From Oscillospiraceae bacterium (lineage in GTDB: Bacteria > Bacillota > Clostridia > Oscillospirales > Oscillospiraceae), in the NCBI GenBank assembly GCA_017937415.1, contig JAGBDQ010000240.1, forward strand, positions 1-37,185: 37,185 nt of DNA. The letters are read 5' to 3'. Each line of letters begins with the position of its first letter. Positions within the stretch are counted from its first letter, which is position 1. Position numbers and translations under genes: made by a program. The notes under the pieces are model-generated. The model had not been told where the DNA came from, did no database searches, and saw only the letters and a list, made by a program, of their open reading frames with translations. This document shows, one piece after another, positions 24,001 to 26,226 of the stretch.

Positions 24001-26226
24001 GGTCTCCGGCTCAGTCAGATACATCCGAATGGGGAACTCCACCGTGCCCTGCGCGTCCGAATGGTCCGGACGGCCCAGGTTGCCGTGGTTATTCAGGCCC
24101 CAGCCATACACAAAATATTCCTCGATGACAGCAGGCTCATTCTCCGTCTCGTCAGCCGTCAAAGCGTTGGCGTTGTTAGCCTTCAAAACATTGGTCATCT
24201 CAAGCTGCGACTCGGTCTGAGGCTGGTTTTCGGTGTCCGGCGCACTGGTACTTTCGTTCTTTTCTTCGCTGTTTTCCTCTTTGTCCTCTTTGTTCACACT
24301 CTCGGATCCATCTCCGCCTTCGGCATCGCCGGAACCATTGCCGCCGTTGCTGTTATCGGCGTTTTCGGTGCCGTCGGCTTCTTCAGATCCGTTTTCAGAA
24401 CCATTGGGATCTTCGGTTCCATTTTCCGATTGGGTCCCGTTCGTATCATTTTTGCTTTCCGTGGACCCATTTTCCGTCTCATCGCCGTCAGATCTAAGCG
24501 TCTCATCTTCGGTGTCTGTCTCTGTAGTCACGCCTGTGTCAGAGCTCCCATTTTCACCGTTTACATCTGTCGTCTCGTTTTCCTCAGGTGCCTGGGCCGC
24601 AGTGGCTACAGCGTTCGTCATCTCTTCAGAAATGCTCCGGGTCTTCTCTTCGCCATCCCCGGACTGCGTCTTTCCATTCTCCTCGCCGTCCCCAGCTTTT
24701 TCTGCATCAGGGATCACAGGCGCGGTCTCAGTCTCCTCAGGGGCAGGAGTAATGGACGCCTCAGGGTTCTCTTCGGGAGCGGGCGTAGTGGTCGCCTCCT
24801 GGCTTTCCTCGGGAGCAGGCGTAGTAGTCGCCTCCGGGCTCTCCTCAGGAGCAGGAGTGACAGTCGCCTCCGGGCTCTCCTCAGGAGCAGGAGTGACAGT
24901 CGCCTCCGGGCTCTCCTTAGGAGCAGGAGTGACAGTCGCCTCCGGGCTCTCCTCAGGAGCAGGAGTGACAGTCGCCTCCGGGCTCTCCTCAGGAGCAGGA
25001 GTGACAGTCGCCTCCGGGCTCTCCTCGGGAGCAGGCGTAGTAGTCGCCTCCGGGCTCTCCTCAGGGGCGGGAACAGAAGGTTCAGCTTCGGGCTCCTGCG
25101 GCCGCACCGACATCATCGACGCAGTCTGCTGCACAGGCTCCGGCTCAGCCGTGCTCTCCCCGTTCAGGCGAACGATCGCCAAGGAGTGGGAAGCGCCGGC
25201 CGCTACACTGACGATCCTCAGTCCATGCTCCGCAAAGCTTTCCATAAAGCCAACGCCGCGGGGCAGCCAGACAGTCTGGTTGGTGGAATCCTTGACGCCT
25301 GTGCCGGTCTGGCTCTGCGCGTTATTACCCCAGCTCCAGGCCTTGGTCTCGCCTGTCAGCACGCCATTGTTTGTTGCCGCAGTGATGGCCAGTGCGTGGC
25401 CCGAGCTATCCACATCGCTGCCCACGTTGGCGCCCCATCCGGAAATCGCCAGCACCTTATCAAAGGTAGTGGGTTCAGTCTCTCCATATGCTATGGCATC
25501 CTGGATCATTCTTGCATAGTTCCGATTCGAAACGCCGCTGGACTCATTTGTGCCCAACTGGCCTCTCCGGTTATCGCCCCAGCTGTAAACACGTCCCGCA
25601 GAGGTCAGTGCCAGGGAGAAATCAGAGCCGGCCTCGATCGCAACAACACCCGCAAGGCGGTTGCCCGACACACCGGTGCTGGTTCCTTCCATAACCGCCA
25701 CCGGCGTAGTGATATAAGTAATTCCCTCCGGAAGATCCGCGCCCTGTCCAAGCTGGCCCACATTGGCGCGGCCCCAGGCGTAGACCGTGCCGTCCTTGGC
25801 CAAGGCCAGGGCATGGGTAACGCCGGCAGAAATGGCTACAATATTGCAGAGGTGGTTATCGCTGTCCCGATTGGCGGTATCCGCCGTATCCCGGGGGCCA
25901 AGCACCAGAGCAGGCTCACCGGTGCTTTTCTCCGTACCGACCTCCTCCACAGTGCCCAGCTGCCCGTATCCATTACTGCCCCATGCGTAAACTCTGCCGT
26001 CCTTGGTCAGGGCCAGGGAGAATCCGCTGCCCGCGGCCACTGCCACGATACCGCTCATGATCTCAAAAGTACCATCCGCCTGTCTCATGGTTACTGCGAC
26101 AGGAGAATTCTTTTGTCCTTCGTTCTGAGCGCCCAGCGCCTTGGTTCCGCCGTCGCCCCATCCGTAAACCTTACCTTCACTTGTCAGGGCCAGGGTATGG
26201 TTTTGTCCGGAGGAGACCATAGGCAC
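1..26226 (-). repeat. Array of 11 RCC1-repeat beta-propeller blocks (approx. 26226-23765, 23200-21781, 19035-16924, 16415-14635, 14225-11833, 11388-9538, 9117-7725, 7245-5539, 4890-3724, 3219-1948, 1314-<1)
   Basis: Most blocks open with a conserved (A/T)P(M/Q/S)(V/I)xxGxxxxxALxxDGxVWxWG half-blade and close with a PxxVG-like strand, with up to ~7 blades each. Spacers contain GF(N/R/L)L and SSD/SSNxxV Big_2-like motifs. Confidence 0.85.

Noticed and set aside
24733-25072. 36-bp repeat as a CRISPR array
   Set aside because: Units are head-to-tail with no unique spacers, keep the reading frame (12 aa), and no cas genes are present.
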